A DNA stretch of 63,920 nt, the filler included, from Chiloscyllium plagiosum (lineage: Eukaryota): the NCBI RefSeq assembly GCF_004010195.1. It is 4 parts of one record of this genome, joined end to end, with 100 filler letters (N's around TTAATTAATTAA, not from the genome) between each part and the next. Parts side by side here need not be neighbours in the genome. Positions count along the whole stretch, not along the records: positions 57,651 to 63,920 come from NC_057717.1; 3 more parts are not named here. The stretch is one strand, 5' to 3'. The position numbers were made by a program, and so were the translations under genes. The notes beneath the pieces were generated by a model. It was not told the DNA's origin and made no database searches. It saw only the letters and a program-made list of their open reading frames with translations. Positions 63,327 through 63,920 of the stretch are shown one piece after another; position 1 is the first letter of the stretch; each line of letters opens with the position of its first letter.

Positions 63327-63804
63327 GCCTGGAATCATTGTTCTGCCTGGAATTCCAGTTCACACCTCAACCCTTAAAGAGATACCAACCAGACCTCATT
63401 CTCCAGACTGAACCTCACTTTTACACCTCGGCCTATTAACACAGACATTTTGGAACCTGTACAGATACTGGACATTCAACACAATCACTATTTATTCACA
63501 GCCCAAAGGGAACACCATAAACACATTGGCCAACACAGATCTGAGGGGAGATAACGGGGCACACAGTCTGTATAACAGCCAGCACTAATCTGAGGGTGAG
63601 CCTTTTCAACAACAGGTTTCTGCAGGAACAGCTTCAGCAAGCCCCAACAAACTGCTTCAGAACCAAGAACCACAGAGGCTGAACAGAGAAGCTGCATCCA
63701 GAAACCAAACCAAGAGCATCATCCCAACAAAGGACACCCGAGAGCAGGAACACCAACCAAACGCGATCTGAACAAGAGCTTCCAGAGACAGGCCTGTTCC
63801 GATC

Positions 63805-63920
63805 ACATTCCCAGATACTTTCACCCCATCCCTACCCCCATTTCATTTATCTCTCAGCCCCCGGCCCACAGGTCTTATTCCTGATGAAGGGCTTATGCCC
63901 GAAATGTTGATTCTCCTGCT
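63805..63920 (+). mobile_element. PLE terminal repeat with hammerhead motif, truncated by the window end
   Basis: ttatctctcagcccc...attcctgatgaagggcttatgcccgaaatgttgattctcctgct. Confidence 0.75.

Overview
Repeat-dominated vertebrate genomic DNA, almost certainly a cartilaginous fish (shark), judging by the HE1-type V-SINEs, CR1 LINEs, Penelope-derived hammerhead tails and Gmr1-like Gypsy elements. The window is a concatenation of four scaffolds (1-28562, 28663-46929, 47030-57550, 57651-63920) joined by artificial N44-TTAATTAATTAA-N44 linkers, and it has several internal gaps. No complete protein-coding gene is present. The clearest host-gene signal is a tandemly duplicated first coding exon of a GPR139/GPR142-like class A GPCR on the minus strand (7547-7721 and 8385-8559). 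One copy has an in-frame stop and the other a broken splice donor, and exon 2 is not in the window. There is also an unidentified two-exon candidate with a promoter-like region at about 52.9-53.6 kb. The rest consists of two degenerate Gmr1-like (PR-IN-RT order) LTR retrotransposons with solo LTRs and fragments, many CR1 and Crack/Zenon-like LINE pieces, SINEs, inverted Penelope-like inserts carrying minimal hammerhead ribozymes, a 31-bp minisatellite, a 34-bp satellite with a 67-bp dimeric higher-order end, and two old segmental duplications. Repeat boundaries are read by eye and approximate unless stated otherwise.
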